Shown here: positions 34,031 to 44,553 of the stretch, one piece after another
How the letters are laid out: each line of letters opens with the position of its first letter
Position numbering within the stretch: the first letter of the stretch is position 1
Source: a virus
Taxonomy: Duplodnaviria; Caudoviricetes
Direction: 5' to 3' (one strand)
Length of the DNA stretch: 59,558 nt
IMG/VR virus record: IMGVR_UViG_3300044825_000311
Coordinates: 1 to 59,558 of that record
Program-made: the position numbers and the translations under genes
Notes under the pieces: generated by a model
What the model saw: the letters and a program-made list of their open reading frames with translations, nothing else
What the model was told of the DNA's origin: nothing
Databases searched by the model: none

Positions 34031-36343
34031 ATGGCTGTACTGCTGGCAAACAATGTAGCTTCGACGATTGCTGCCAACCTCACGATTGGCGCGACGAGCC
34101 TCAATGTTGCCACTGGTACGGGGGCCAGATTTCCTAGCCCGACAGCACCTGACTACTTCTACGCAACGATTATCTCATCCGTTGGTGAAGTTGAAGTCGT
34201 CAAGGTCGTGGCGCGGGTTAATGATGTTCTTACCATCACCCGTGCGCAGGACAGCACGACAGCCAAAGCGTTTTCTGCAGGGTCTCGCGTCGAAGTAAGG
34301 GTCAACGCCAAGAGCGTTCTCGATGCAGTCGATGATGGGGTGGCTGATGCTGTAGCTACCATGACGGCTGTTACTAACGCACTGGATACCCGTCTCGACG
34401 CCGCAGAAGCCAGCATCATTTCTCTCGACGGCAGGCTTGATACGGCGGAAGCGAACATTGTTTCTCTTGATGGGCGACTTGATGTAGCTGAACCCGAGAT
34501 CGATGCGCTGCAAGCATTCGATGCTGCATTGGCTACATCAACCGGTTCGTCGTCTGTTGGCTTTTTGCAGTCGGGCACGAGCGCCGTCACACGCACTGTG
34601 CAGTCCAAGTTGCGTGATCGCATAAGTGTATTTGATTTTATGACGACTGCGCAGATTGCGGATGTCCAAGCGAGGACCGCGCTCGTCAATGTGGCTACAC
34701 CACTACAGGCAGCTATCGACGCGGCCTGCGCCGCACAGGCCCAATTGTTCTGGCCCAGAGGCGTCTATTACATTACCACCGCGCTAATCGCCAAGTCCAA
34801 GACGAACTGGTTGGGTGAAGGTGGAACCTATTCGGTAGTTAAAGGTAATAGTATAATTGGCACGTTGATCAGCGATGACGACTCCAACATGGAAGATGTC
34901 ATCATTGATAGTATGGGGTTTGACTTTAACGGATTTAACACGACGGATTTTGCCACGGCGCTGTCGTTTAATGCCACCTCGCACACCCGATTTCGCATCG
35001 TCAACAATCGCATTTTTGATAGCAACTACCCCGGTGATGGGGCAGTCAAGCAGCGTCAAGGTATTTTTCTCGGCAATCTTAATACCGATATTTGGGTGTT
35101 AAATAACGATCTATCCGCTGGTGCCCGCATCAAAGTAGGTCGCGGTGGACGTAATGTTTTTATTCGTTCCAACAAACTGAACTTCATTAACGACAACGGC
35201 ATTACAATGGCAATGCGCGGCACCGCCGCTCTGCCGGAAGGTAATGTTACCGAAAACGTCCACATCGAAGATAACATCATTATTAACCCGGCTGTTACCG
35301 GTATTTTTATCGGTGCGGACGGCGAGGATAAAACCGATCCGGCGATGTACGTGAAGAATGTTATTGTCGCACGTAACATCATCTATATGAATACGCCGTA
35401 TACCGGACAGGAAGGGACGTTTAATACCACTCCACGAGGGTTTGCCATTACTGCGCCATCGGGTGGGGTATACGACCTGTCAGTAGTCGATAACACCATT
35501 GTAATGACTGATGTCACGCCAAACTTCGCAAGCGAAGTGATCCGTGTCGGCGCAGCCAATTTACCTGTTGGTACGATGGATCGTGTAACAATCTCGCGCA
35601 ACAAGATATATACCCCGTATAAAAACCAGACCGGTATCTATGTTGGCCCGTTGTACGCTATTAATGACCTTGTAATCTCGGATAACATTATCGATGGGGC
35701 TAACGAGGCCGTTTATCTGCGCACTGCGTCAACACTTAACCGTCCGGTAGTAACCGGAAACATCACTCGTAATAGCGCACGCCCGTTCCGTATCGCTTTT
35801 AATCCTGTAGTTGTTGCAGGTGTTTATGCCCGCAATAGAGATAATGCTCCAACAGCAGCAGCGATTTTCTCCAGTAGCAGTGCTATGGAGTGGCGTATCG
35901 AAAGCAATGAAATCCTTGATAGTGTAGCTGCGGCGCTCGACATTAATGGCGCGGGCACCAAAGATTTCTATATCGTTAACAACGACTTCCGGGGTTCTGC
36001 TACCGGCCCGATCACATTTACCAGTAGCGGTGTACTGTCTGAAAACTCAGCACGTTACGGCAATCTTGGTGATGTAACGCTGACATCCGTTGCTTCTGCA
36101 TCAACTATTACGCTACCGCACGCCCAAGTGGTGTCGATCACCGGCACGACGAACATCAGCACTATTACAGCAACTGGTCGCGCCGGTCAGGTCGTAGTGC
36201 TTAGGTTCGCCAGTGCGCTCACGGTGACTGACGGCACAGGCAATCTTCGCCTCGCGGGGAATTTCACTACTACAGCCAGCGACACATTAACATTGGCTTG
36301 TAACGGAACGGACTGGGAAGAAGTTTCGAGGTCGGTAAACTGA
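34031..36343 (+). CDS. Tail spike with right-handed beta-helix (putative depolymerase)
   Basis: Shared N-terminal module, LDGRLD.AE coiled repeats, RTVQSKLRD.ISVFDF, Asn/Ile-rich beta-helix repeats. Confidence 0.8.
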   Translation: MAVLLANNVASTIAANLTIGATSLNVATGTGARFPSPTAPDYFYATIISSVGEVEVVKVVARVNDVLTITRAQDSTTAKAFSAGSRVEVRVNAKSVLDAVDDGVADAVATMTAVTNALDTRLDAAEASIISLDGRLDTAEANIVSLDGRLDVAEPEIDALQAFDAALATSTGSSSVGFLQSGTSAVTRTVQSKLRDRISVFDFMTTAQIADVQARTALVNVATPLQAAIDAACAAQAQLFWPRGVYYITTALIAKSKTNWLGEGGTYSVVKGNSIIGTLISDDDSNMEDVIIDSMGFDFNGFNTTDFATALSFNATSHTRFRIVNNRIFDSNYPGDGAVKQRQGIFLGNLNTDIWVLNNDLSAGARIKVGRGGRNVFIRSNKLNFINDNGITMAMRGTAALPEGNVTENVHIEDNIIINPAVTGIFIGADGEDKTDPAMYVKNVIVARNIIYMNTPYTGQEGTFNTTPRGFAITAPSGGVYDLSVVDNTIVMTDVTPNFASEVIRVGAANLPVGTMDRVTISRNKIYTPYKNQTGIYVGPLYAINDLVISDNIIDGANEAVYLRTASTLNRPVVTGNITRNSARPFRIAFNPVVVAGVYARNRDNAPTAAAIFSSSSAMEWRIESNEILDSVAAALDINGAGTKDFYIVNNDFRGSATGPITFTSSGVLSENSARYGNLGDVTLTSVASASTITLPHAQVVSITGTTNISTITATGRAGQVVVLRFASALTVTDGTGNLRLAGNFTTTASDTLTLACNGTDWEEVSRSVN

Positions 36344-36344
36344 T

Positions 36345-36803
36345 ATGACAGTTCTTCTCGCAAATAACGTCGTAACGACTTTGTCCGGTGCCCTGACCAC
36401 GGCGGCTACGGACATCGTGGTGGTTGATGGGAGCCGGTTCCCGTCGCCGTCTACCGGAGAATACTTCTACGCTACCCTGATCGCCACCAATGGCGCGGTT
36501 GAGATTGTTAAGGTTGTCACGCGCGTAGGCAGCTCAATGGGTGTTACGCGGGCGCAGGAAGGCACGACTGCGCAGGCGTTTGCCGCAGGTTCTCGTGTTG
36601 AGATGCGCGTCACCGCAGCGGCGATTAGGGACGCCATCGCTGACGCAAAGATTATGGGTACTGCCCCGCCGACAACCGGAGCGTGGACACGCAACACCAT
36701 TGTGTGGAATAGTGAGCCTACAGCGGGCGGTGTTATCGGTTGGGTCTGCGTATCCAGCGGTACGCCCGGTACTTGGAAGTCGTTTGGGACGATTGCAGCA
36801 TGA
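36345..36803 (+). CDS. Short tail appendage protein: shared N-module plus spike-type C-terminal motif
   Basis: MTVLLANNV...AGSRVEMR, then PTTGAW...GWVCV..GTPGTW. Confidence 0.75.
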   Translation: MTVLLANNVVTTLSGALTTAATDIVVVDGSRFPSPSTGEYFYATLIATNGAVEIVKVVTRVGSSMGVTRAQEGTTAQAFAAGSRVEMRVTAAAIRDAIADAKIMGTAPPTTGAWTRNTIVWNSEPTAGGVIGWVCVSSGTPGTWKSFGTIAA

Positions 36804-39457
36804 CGGTTCTTCTCGCCAACAACGTAACGTCTACTCTGGCTTCTGCTATTACGGCAAGTGCAACTAGCCTTGTCGTGTCTAGCAATGCCGACAAGTTTCC
36901 AACCATCACGGCTGGCCAGCACTACTACGTGACGCTTGTATCTACGACGGGTGTGGTCGAGGTCGTAAAGGTTGTGTCGCGCCTCGGCGCGGCGATGGGT
37001 ATTGTGCGTGCGCAGGACGGCACCAACGCTGTTGCCTTTGCTGCCGGGTCGCGTGTCGAGTTGCGTATCAACGCCGCCTCTGTACTTGATGCAGTAGATG
37101 ACGGTGTGGCCGAGATGACGGTCGTGACTAACGCACTCGACGCTCGTCTCGACACGGTCGAGGCCAAGACTGCTATTCTTGATAGCATCACGGCTTCGGC
37201 TGCGGAGATCAACGTCCTTGACGGCGTGACCGCGACTACATCTAGTATTAACGCCGCCTCCGCTAACTATACCCAGATTAGGAGTTCAGCAGCCGCCCTT
37301 CTGGCGGATACGGTGCTTACGTATACTGCTGGGCAGACTAACAGTGTTTCTGCTGGGGATTATATCTGGACGCGGCTTGAGGGTTTTTCCTACCAAGTCG
37401 CATCTTCTGGTGCAACAGATCATCACGTCACCACTGCCGGTGGGGTGAAGCTCTACATGGCCGGTACGAAGTTTTATTTCCGCCAGCTTCTAACCGGTTC
37501 AGAAACAAATCTGCAGCGCGGCACCAAGTTTATTTCTTTTTTGACTGCGATCCACGATGCCAGACGTACTGGTGTCATCGATGGCGGCACCGGACTAACT
37601 CATGCTTTGAGTTTTTCCGCTACTACGCATTTTACGCTGACGCAAAACAACATTCATTTGGAGAGCGATGGCGCAGCTATATCTACTGACAGAATTACTG
37701 GGTTTATAAACGCAGCCCGTTCTCCTACGACTACATTGTCGGCAGATGCAGCGTGGAAAGCCGCGTCTATTTCGGTAGCTTCTATTGGTAGCGCCGTTGT
37801 GGGTGATCTTATTACGCTGACGACAGCTACGTCAGTGGCTAGTACGTATCTAAACTACCACAAAACTGCTGTGTCGGTTATTGAGTCTATTTCTGGCACA
37901 ACGATTACGCTGGCCCACCAGCTACCATTTAATTTTACAGCGGCAGAGACGACGGTAACGGTATATCCGAAGCGGTCAGTGCGTCTTGATAACATTACGA
38001 TTAGTGTGTTAACCCCCGGTCGTTTTGATTTATCATGGCTGCAGAACTGCCAGATCAACAACCTGACGCTTACTGGCTCAGGGGTTAGCACCACAGACCC
38101 ATTGTTTGTGCGGGCGTGTGTTTCTACAACGCTACGCAATGTGAACGTATCAAACTGCCGCTACGGTGTTATTCACACATCGGGTGGGCGTGATATGCTG
38201 ATTGACGGGATTGTCGGTGATAATGTTATTCACCCAGTAGACCCGTCCGTGTGGTCTTACGGCACATACGTTAAAAATTTCTTGTTTACAAACTGTGTCG
38301 GTATTAATGCACACCCAAGTTTTGAGGTGCATTATGATACCGGAGTATCCAGCGGGCATTATGGCATCCGCGCTATTGGCGCTTCTGCACGCAACACAAC
38401 CTTTGTAAACGCGACTGTTGCGGAGAGCTTGTCCTTTGTCGGTGTACTTGCCGGATATGAGTACCTTGCAGAGCAGCAGCGGCACTATGTTGATAATTGC
38501 AAAGCTGAGACCGTGGTACTTTCTTTTAGTGAGGGTAGCTATGGTGAAATCCGCAATACCCGCGCGTACGGCTTTACGAACGACTATCTAGGGTATGGTG
38601 TAGAACGTCTGTATATCCACGACGACTGTGCTTTTGCTGTACCTTTGTATGGTGTAGGTGATAGGCGGTATATAAAAGTTCAGGCTCCTGTTCCAGTTCA
38701 GCAGAACAGCAGCCTTCAATTTTTGAACCCCGGAGCTACAAAGGTCGTAACGGGCATTACGGCGGCTAACCCAGCCGTTGTCACTTCTGTTGCCCACGGG
38801 CTTACTACGGGGAATAGCGTTAAGCTGTCCGGTGTTTCTGGGATGACCCAGATCAACGATCAGTTTTCTGAAATCACCGTTTTGACGGCAGATACGTTTT
38901 CTCTTAACTGGATCAATAGCTCGGCGTATTCAGCGTATACCAGTGGCGGTACGGCCACGGTAGGTACGTCAGCTACATATGTCGATATTTGTGACGCCAG
39001 CAATAACCGCCGCGTAGGTTCTACGCCGTATATGTGGTATATTGCAGACTTTTACCAAGGTCTCAGTACCTCTAGCGTATCAACTGCGCAGCCAAGCCGC
39101 GTAAGACTCAGACTAGCCGATATCACTAGTGCGGATGGCACACGCCTAGACTACGCCTACGGCGAGATCATTGTATCTGTTTCGGGGCGGTTTGACGGTC
39201 ATGTTCGCCGCAGGGTGCCGTTTTGGGTAAGGCCGACTGTTGGAGCAGTGTTCGGAACGTCTACCATTCTTGAACAGATCGGTACGGAAGATATTGTTAT
39301 CGCCAATCTTTCTACGATTAGCCTTGGCTTGACTACGTGTGACTGTATCGAGTTTACATGGTCTCTGACCAATTGGGGTTCACCAACGTGGATCAATCTA
39401 GCGACTGTAGAGGTAAAGATGTATCGTAGGAATACGTCTTCACGGTATGGGGCATGA
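36800..39457 (+). CDS. Second tail spike / receptor-binding protein (885 aa)
   Basis: True start ATG 36800 (MTVLLANNV); beta-helix-like core; [18 protein letters not shown]-like insert. Confidence 0.8.
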   Translation: MTVLLANNVTSTLASAITASATSLVVSSNADKFPTITAGQHYYVTLVSTTGVVEVVKVVSRLGAAMGIVRAQDGTNAVAFAAGSRVELRINAASVLDAVDDGVAEMTVVTNALDARLDTVEAKTAILDSITASAAEINVLDGVTATTSSINAASANYTQIRSSAAALLADTVLTYTAGQTNSVSAGDYIWTRLEGFSYQVASSGATDHHVTTAGGVKLYMAGTKFYFRQLLTGSETNLQRGTKFISFLTAIHDARRTGVIDGGTGLTHALSFSATTHFTLTQNNIHLESDGAAISTDRITGFINAARSPTTTLSADAAWKAASISVASIGSAVVGDLITLTTATSVASTYLNYHKTAVSVIESISGTTITLAHQLPFNFTAAETTVTVYPKRSVRLDNITISVLTPGRFDLSWLQNCQINNLTLTGSGVSTTDPLFVRACVSTTLRNVNVSNCRYGVIHTSGGRDMLIDGIVGDNVIHPVDPSVWSYGTYVKNFLFTNCVGINAHPSFEVHYDTGVSSGHYGIRAIGASARNTTFVNATVAESLSFVGVLAGYEYLAEQQRHYVDNCKAETVVLSFSEGSYGEIRNTRAYGFTNDYLGYGVERLYIHDDCAFAVPLYGVGDRRYIKVQAPVPVQQNSSLQFLNPGATKVVTGITAANPAVVTSVAHGLTTGNSVKLSGVSGMTQINDQFSEITVLTADTFSLNWINSSAYSAYTSGGTATVGTSATYVDICDASNNRRVGSTPYMWYIADFYQGLSTSSVSTAQPSRVRLRLADITSADGTRLDYAYGEIIVSVSGRFDGHVRRRVPFWVRPTVGAVFGTSTILEQIGTEDIVIANLSTISLGLTTCDCIEFTWSLTNWGSPTWINLATVEVKMYRRNTSSRYGA

Positions 39458-40533
39458 CAGTTCTTCTCGCAAATAATGTAGCGTCTACGTTGGCAACAAC
39501 GCTGACTTCAACGGCTACAAGTCTGACGGTCGCTTCCGGTACGGGAGACAGGTTCCCTGTTGTCCCTGCTGGGCGTTATTTCTACGCCACGATCATTGCG
39601 CCGACCGGTGTTGTCGAGATTGTCAAGGCTACGGCACGCGCCGGTAACGTCTTAACCATTGTGCGTGCGCAAGAGAATACCGCCGCGCTTGAGTTCCCTG
39701 CCGGATCGCGCATTGAAATTCGCGTGACGGCCAAGTCTATCTGGGATGCGCTAGGTACAGGCGGTGGACCTGAAGGTCCGCCGGGGCCAGAAGGTCCGCA
39801 AGGTCCTGCCGGTCCTACGGGCGCAACAGGTCCTGCCGGTCCTGCCGGTCCTACGGGCGCAACAGGTGCAACAGGTGCAACGGGCGCAACGGGTCCTGCC
39901 GGTCCAGCGGGTCCTGCCGGTCCAACGGGTCCAGAAGGCCCACAAGGTCCTGCCGGTCCTACGGGCGCAACAGGTGCAACGGGTCCTGCCGGTCCAGAAG
40001 GCCCCGCTGGTCCTACGGGTGCAACAGGTGCAACGGGCGCAACGGGTCCTGCCGGTCCTACAGGACCAGCCGGACCTACAGGTCCAGAAGGTCCTGCCGG
40101 TCCTACGGGCGCAACTGGTGCAACAGGTCCGCAAGGTCCAGAAGGTCCGCAAGGTCCAGAAGGTCCGATTGCAGCGGTTACTGCTTCGATTGAGTTCGTC
40201 GTTGATGGCGGGGGTGCCGCTATTACTACCGGCGTAAAGGGAGATTTGCAGATACCGTTTTCCTGTACGATAAATGAGGTAACGCTCCTAGCAGATCAAA
40301 CAGGGTCCATCGTAGTAGACATATGGAAAGATAGCTACGCTAACTTCCCACCGACCGTTGCCGACACTATTACAGCGTCTGCTAAACCTACACTTAGTTC
40401 TGCTACCAAATACCAAGATACAACATTGACCGGTTGGACCACTTCAATTTCTGCCGGGGATATTGTAAGGATAAACGTGGATAGTGCTACAACTGTCCAG
40501 AGGGTGACACTTGCATTGAAGGTAACGCGCTGA
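39454..40533 (+). CDS. Collagen-like tail fibre with shared N-module
   Basis: Long uninterrupted Gly-X-Y tract ([12 protein letters not shown]) at about 39765-40168. Confidence 0.85.
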   Translation: MTVLLANNVASTLATTLTSTATSLTVASGTGDRFPVVPAGRYFYATIIAPTGVVEIVKATARAGNVLTIVRAQENTAALEFPAGSRIEIRVTAKSIWDALGTGGGPEGPPGPEGPQGPAGPTGATGPAGPAGPTGATGATGATGATGPAGPAGPAGPTGPEGPQGPAGPTGATGATGPAGPEGPAGPTGATGATGATGPAGPTGPAGPTGPEGPAGPTGATGATGPQGPEGPQGPEGPIAAVTASIEFVVDGGGAAITTGVKGDLQIPFSCTINEVTLLADQTGSIVVDIWKDSYANFPPTVADTITASAKPTLSSATKYQDTTLTGWTTSISAGDIVRINVDSATTVQRVTLALKVTR

Positions 40534-40775
40534 TGGCTTGGACTGCAGTTATTACGGCGGTTATGGAGAACCCCGTTCCAAACGACACCCGCAATGTTGT
40601 CGTTTGCTACAGCGATGGGACGCGGGAGATTAACCGGACCTACAACATTCACCCAGAAAACTTCCCCACGGTGACTGCCACGGTGTCTTTCATTAAGGAT
40701 CAGGTTGATCGGCTTAACGCTTTTGAGGCTGAAGTTGTTAACCTTGAAGCTCTTGTTGGGACGGAGATTATCTAA
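40533..40775 (+). CDS. Hypothetical protein (80 aa)
   Basis: Coupled ORF. Confidence 0.7.
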   Translation: MAWTAVITAVMENPVPNDTRNVVVCYSDGTREINRTYNIHPENFPTVTATVSFIKDQVDRLNAFEAEVVNLEALVGTEII

Positions 40776-43276
40776 TGGCGATGCTTATCAGCCGCGCAAC
40801 GGGGAACTTTACATCCTCGTCCACATGGGGCGTGGCTGATAGCGCAACGGGTTCGCAACTTACCAACCCGACTGCCATGACGGCGACGACGGCGTCCTAC
40901 GTATACTCTTCCACGTTCACCGGGACCAACACAAAAGTCTGCGATGGCGTTGTTCTATTCGTGCGCCGCGTAAACACACTTGGAACTTTCACGGTTGCGT
41001 TGTCAGATGATAACGGCGTGACCGCGACAAGGTCCGTGACTGTCGATGCCGCTGATCTTCCGGCCTCGGAGAGTTGGGTATTCTTTAAGTTCGCCAGCAC
41101 TCTTACGCTTGATGGCGGTACAGATTACAGGGTAGGTGTTGTCTCAAGCTCGGCTGGCAGCGTCAATGTCTGTAGAGACGCAACGGCAGGAAATTGGGGA
41201 AGGCTTATTTCCACAACCGATACAGCCGCCCCTGCGGCTGGCGACACGATGCTTGTCGTCGGGGAGTGGACTGGTTCTGGTGCAAGCACGGCTTATGCCG
41301 TGACAATGGACAACACCGCCACAACTGACTTCGGAACCAGTGCCACCAGCGGAACTCCTGCTCAGACAAACCCCGGTACGTTCAGCGGTATTCAGATCGG
41401 CCAGAATGGCACACTGTCGTGGGGCACTGCAGCAACCACGAATTACTATCTCAAGCTATCCGGCAACCTTGTCGTGTGGAGCGGCGGCACCTACAACATG
41501 GGAACCGTTGCGACACCGTGTCCGCGCGATAGTACCATGTACCTTCAGCTAGATTGCGCTGTAAACGGCGACTTCGGTCTCGTTGTTATGAACTTGGGCG
41601 TGTGCAACATCCAAGGTCAGTCACGCACCTCTGGAAAGAATATCACGTTCTGCCGCCTGACGGCAAACGCCGCAGCTAATGCGACCTCGTTAACGGTAGA
41701 TACCGACACTGGGTGGTTGGACAATGATCAGATCGCAGTAACGTCAACGACCCGCACTATAACTCAGTCGGAAGCTGGGTTTCTGAACGGTGCCGCTGGG
41801 GCGTCAACGCTGACGGTTGATGGTTTTGCTGGCACAGCGGGGGGCGTTCAGTTTGCACATGATGGCACTGCGCCGTTCCAAGCTGAAGTAATGTTGCTTA
41901 CTCGTAACGTACGCATCAGTGGAGCGTCTGCCTCTCTGAACGCCTACGTCCTTCTCAACTTTGTCCCGACCTGTGACTTTGATTGGGCCGAATTTTTCTG
42001 GATAGGGACAGGCACTGCGCCAAGGCGCGGCATTGAATACGGAAATAGCGGACCCACAAGCGGCGACGTAAACATCCAGTATTGCAGCATCAGAAATAGC
42101 GGTCGGTGCTTCTTTATTCTTGGGGGCGGCGGTGGCGCTTGCGTGTTCTCCAACAACACATGCTGGAACTCAACGCACGGCGTAAACTTTGCAGCGGCCA
42201 GTGGTTTGTTTACCTGTAACAACAATGTTGTGTCGCTTGTCACGACTGATCCCTGTATTACCGCCGCAAGAAACGGGACATTCGAGAACAACATTGTTTC
42301 GTCCAGCGCGTCATCCGGGTTTCTGTTTTCTGGTGCAGGGGGGCAGGGAGCGCCCACATCCTTTATTGGTAACGAAGTGCATTCGTGTACGGGTGGCGGA
42401 TTTAACATGGGCTTCTCAAGAAACTCGTCCGTATCGTGCGATGATCTGTATGCGTGGCGTTGCGGTAGCTCTGGCATAACCGCACCCGCTGCATTCGCTG
42501 ATTTGACAGTAACAAACTCCACGATCACTGGCTGTGTATTTGGATTGGCTTTTGGAAACCCCTCAAACGGGGCACAAGTTGTCATGAATAATGTGGGCAT
42601 GTCCACAGAGGCTTCCTATGCCATGACCAATGGCATAACATACGCAACCACTGCCGGGTCCGAGAGTTCCGGTCTCAGCGTTTCTCTTACCAACTGCACA
42701 ATAAACTCTTCAACCGCTGACATATCCGTGGGGCAGGGCCGCAATTGTTTTATCGCGCTGCAAAATTGTCTTCTGTCTGGTCCATCTGAGGTTGCAAACC
42801 AATCCAGCCTACTAACTACAAGTAATATCAAGTCTTCCAAACACGATCAAACGGAGGGGGCTTTCCGTTCTTGGTTTGGGACAGGACGCATTGATCGCGA
42901 CACGACCATATTCAATAACGCTGCGCCATCTGAGCGGCTGACGCCGATTAGCTCTACCCTTAAATTTCAGTCTGCCCCTCGCTTGGTCGCCGTTGACGAC
43001 GGGACTACGGTAACGGTCAATGTTTACGTTCGTAAATCAGTTGTTGGCGACGGTGCTGCTTACAATGGCGGCGAGCCTCGTCTGATCGTGAAGGCAAATC
43101 CTGCGTGCGGTATTGCGACAGATACCGTTCTTGACACTATGACCGCATCTGCCGGATCGTGGGAACAACTCACCGGGACAACTGCCACGGTGGATGCTGA
43201 CGGGGCGCTTGAGTTTGTTGTTGACTGCAACGGGACGACTGGCTGGATCAACGTGGATGACTGGAGCGTTAGCTAA
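40775..43276 (+). CDS. Large beta-rich virion protein with parallel beta-helix repeats
   Basis: 833 aa, G/T/S/N-rich; EVMLLTRNVRI motif (G8-associated type) followed by PbH-like repeats. Confidence 0.65.
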   Translation: MAMLISRATGNFTSSSTWGVADSATGSQLTNPTAMTATTASYVYSSTFTGTNTKVCDGVVLFVRRVNTLGTFTVALSDDNGVTATRSVTVDAADLPASESWVFFKFASTLTLDGGTDYRVGVVSSSAGSVNVCRDATAGNWGRLISTTDTAAPAAGDTMLVVGEWTGSGASTAYAVTMDNTATTDFGTSATSGTPAQTNPGTFSGIQIGQNGTLSWGTAATTNYYLKLSGNLVVWSGGTYNMGTVATPCPRDSTMYLQLDCAVNGDFGLVVMNLGVCNIQGQSRTSGKNITFCRLTANAAANATSLTVDTDTGWLDNDQIAVTSTTRTITQSEAGFLNGAAGASTLTVDGFAGTAGGVQFAHDGTAPFQAEVMLLTRNVRISGASASLNAYVLLNFVPTCDFDWAEFFWIGTGTAPRRGIEYGNSGPTSGDVNIQYCSIRNSGRCFFILGGGGGACVFSNNTCWNSTHGVNFAAASGLFTCNNNVVSLVTTDPCITAARNGTFENNIVSSSASSGFLFSGAGGQGAPTSFIGNEVHSCTGGGFNMGFSRNSSVSCDDLYAWRCGSSGITAPAAFADLTVTNSTITGCVFGLAFGNPSNGAQVVMNNVGMSTEASYAMTNGITYATTAGSESSGLSVSLTNCTINSSTADISVGQGRNCFIALQNCLLSGPSEVANQSSLLTTSNIKSSKHDQTEGAFRSWFGTGRIDRDTTIFNNAAPSERLTPISSTLKFQSAPRLVAVDDGTTVTVNVYVRKSVVGDGAAYNGGEPRLIVKANPACGIATDTVLDTMTASAGSWEQLTGTTATVDADGALEFVVDCNGTTGWINVDDWSVS

Positions 43277-43464
43277 TGGCAACCCCTAGTGTAGACGGTG
43301 CTAGATACTGGGTAAACGGCTTACCTGTAGATGGGTTACAGCAAGCTACTAAAGATGCCGGTGCGACGAAGTATTGGGTGAACGGCCTACCGATGGATTT
43401 TCTAGCGTCCTATGCAGCACCGGCTGCTAATACTAAAAGGACATTTGGGATTATTATCCAGTAA
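43276..43464 (+). CDS. Small protein with duplicated YWVNGLP.D motif
   Basis: GARYWVNGLPVD / GATKYWVNGLPMD. Confidence 0.65.
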   Translation: MATPSVDGARYWVNGLPVDGLQQATKDAGATKYWVNGLPMDFLASYAAPAANTKRTFGIIIQ

Positions 43465-43483
43465 CAAAGCGGTACGAAAGCAG

Positions 43484-43741
43484 ATGGCGGCGGTGAATAT
43501 CTTGGAAGCGGATACTATTAAAGTTCTCAACATGCTTATGCAGTGGATCATTGCGCCAGTGGCTGCGTTTGTTTGGTTTCTGTATCAGAAGCAGCAGAAC
43601 CACTCGACAGCCATCGCTGTTCTTCAAGCAGAAACAGCCACTGCCCGCATGGCTCATGATCGGGAGATTAAGGAAATCCGTGAGACTAGCCGCGCTATCA
43701 TGGCCAAGTTGGACAGTATCGAAGAGGCACTGCGCAAATGA
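43484..43741 (+). CDS. Single-TM coiled-coil protein, putative holin/antiholin
   Basis: WIIAPVAAFVWFLY TM plus coiled coil, overlapping the endolysin start. Confidence 0.55.
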   Translation: MAAVNILEADTIKVLNMLMQWIIAPVAAFVWFLYQKQQNHSTAIAVLQAETATARMAHDREIKEIRETSRAIMAKLDSIEEALRK

Positions 43742-44127
43742 TCTTGAACACTGTATCTGAGAAGCGCCTGCGCGGTGTCCATCCCGATTTGGTGCGTGTC
43801 GTGCGCCGCTGTGCTACTGATTGGGCTGACCCCGAAACCGGGTTTATCGTCACGCAAGGACTGCGCACCTTAGAAGAACAGAAGCTGCTCAAGGCCAAGG
43901 GTGCATCCCGCACCCTGCGTTCTCGCCATTTGACTGGTCATGCTGTCGATCTGGCTGTATCTGTTCAGGGGCAAATTCGCTGGGACTGGCCGCTGTACGC
44001 CAAACTGGCTAAGGCTATGAAGGCTGCCGCAAAGGTAGAAAAAGTGCCGCTCGAATGGGGCGGCGACTGGACTTCATTCAAAGACGGTCCACATTTTCAA
44101 CTGCCGTGGTCTAAGTACCCGGTATAA
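43738..44127 (+). CDS. Endolysin, peptidase M15 family (L-Ala-D-Glu peptidase-like)
   Basis: GVHPDL, GLRT..EQ, SRHLTGHAVD, WGGDW..FKDGPHFQL. Confidence 0.9.
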   Translation: MILNTVSEKRLRGVHPDLVRVVRRCATDWADPETGFIVTQGLRTLEEQKLLKAKGASRTLRSRHLTGHAVDLAVSVQGQIRWDWPLYAKLAKAMKAAAKVEKVPLEWGGDWTSFKDGPHFQLPWSKYPV

Positions 44128-44140
44128 CTAGGAGGTCGCC

Positions 44141-44311
44141 ATGACCAAAGACGCAGTGTTGGGTATTGTTCGTCACGTTCTTACGTTTGCTGGCGGTTAT
44201 ATTGCCGCTAAGGGTATTGCAGATCAGGCGCTTGTTAACGAAGCCGTTGGTGCTGCTGTAACCCTTATTGGCGTTGTCTGGTCGATTGCACAGAAGCGGG
44301 CAGTTGCGTGA
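44141..44311 (+). CDS. Putative holin (56 aa, two hydrophobic segments)
   Basis: GGAGG RBS; MTKDAVLGIVRHVLTFAGGY...VGAAVTLIGVVWSI; translated by hand. Confidence 0.7.
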   Translation: MTKDAVLGIVRHVLTFAGGYIAAKGIADQALVNEAVGAAVTLIGVVWSIAQKRAVA

Positions 44312-44553
44312 CTTGGTTTGAGATAGCTGCGACGGTTGTGCTGCTGGTAGGGCTTGGAGCAGGAGCCTTTCTCGTAGCACAACGTCCTGCTTTCTGGATG
44401 GGGCTTGGCTCCCATTTATTGACAGCTATGTGGCCAACCATCGTAAAGTATGTTACCAAGCGTAATTCGCCGGAAGTTGAAGCCAAGATGCACGAATGTA
44501 TTCGACGTGGCGGCACTTGGGACAACTTCCGCAAGAAATGTAGGGACAAGTAG
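44308..44553 (+). CDS. Membrane protein of lysis cassette
   Basis: N-terminal TM and basic C-terminus. Confidence 0.6.
   Translation: MTWFEIAATVVLLVGLGAGAFLVAQRPAFWMGLGSHLLTAMWPTIVKYVTKRNSPEVEAKMHECIRRGGTWDNFRKKCRDK

Noticed and set aside
34031-43276. Diversity-generating retroelement or invertase-shuffled tail fibres
   Set aside because: No reverse transcriptase or recombinase gene; shared N-termini are diverged direct paralogs, with no adenine-specific TR/VR pair seen
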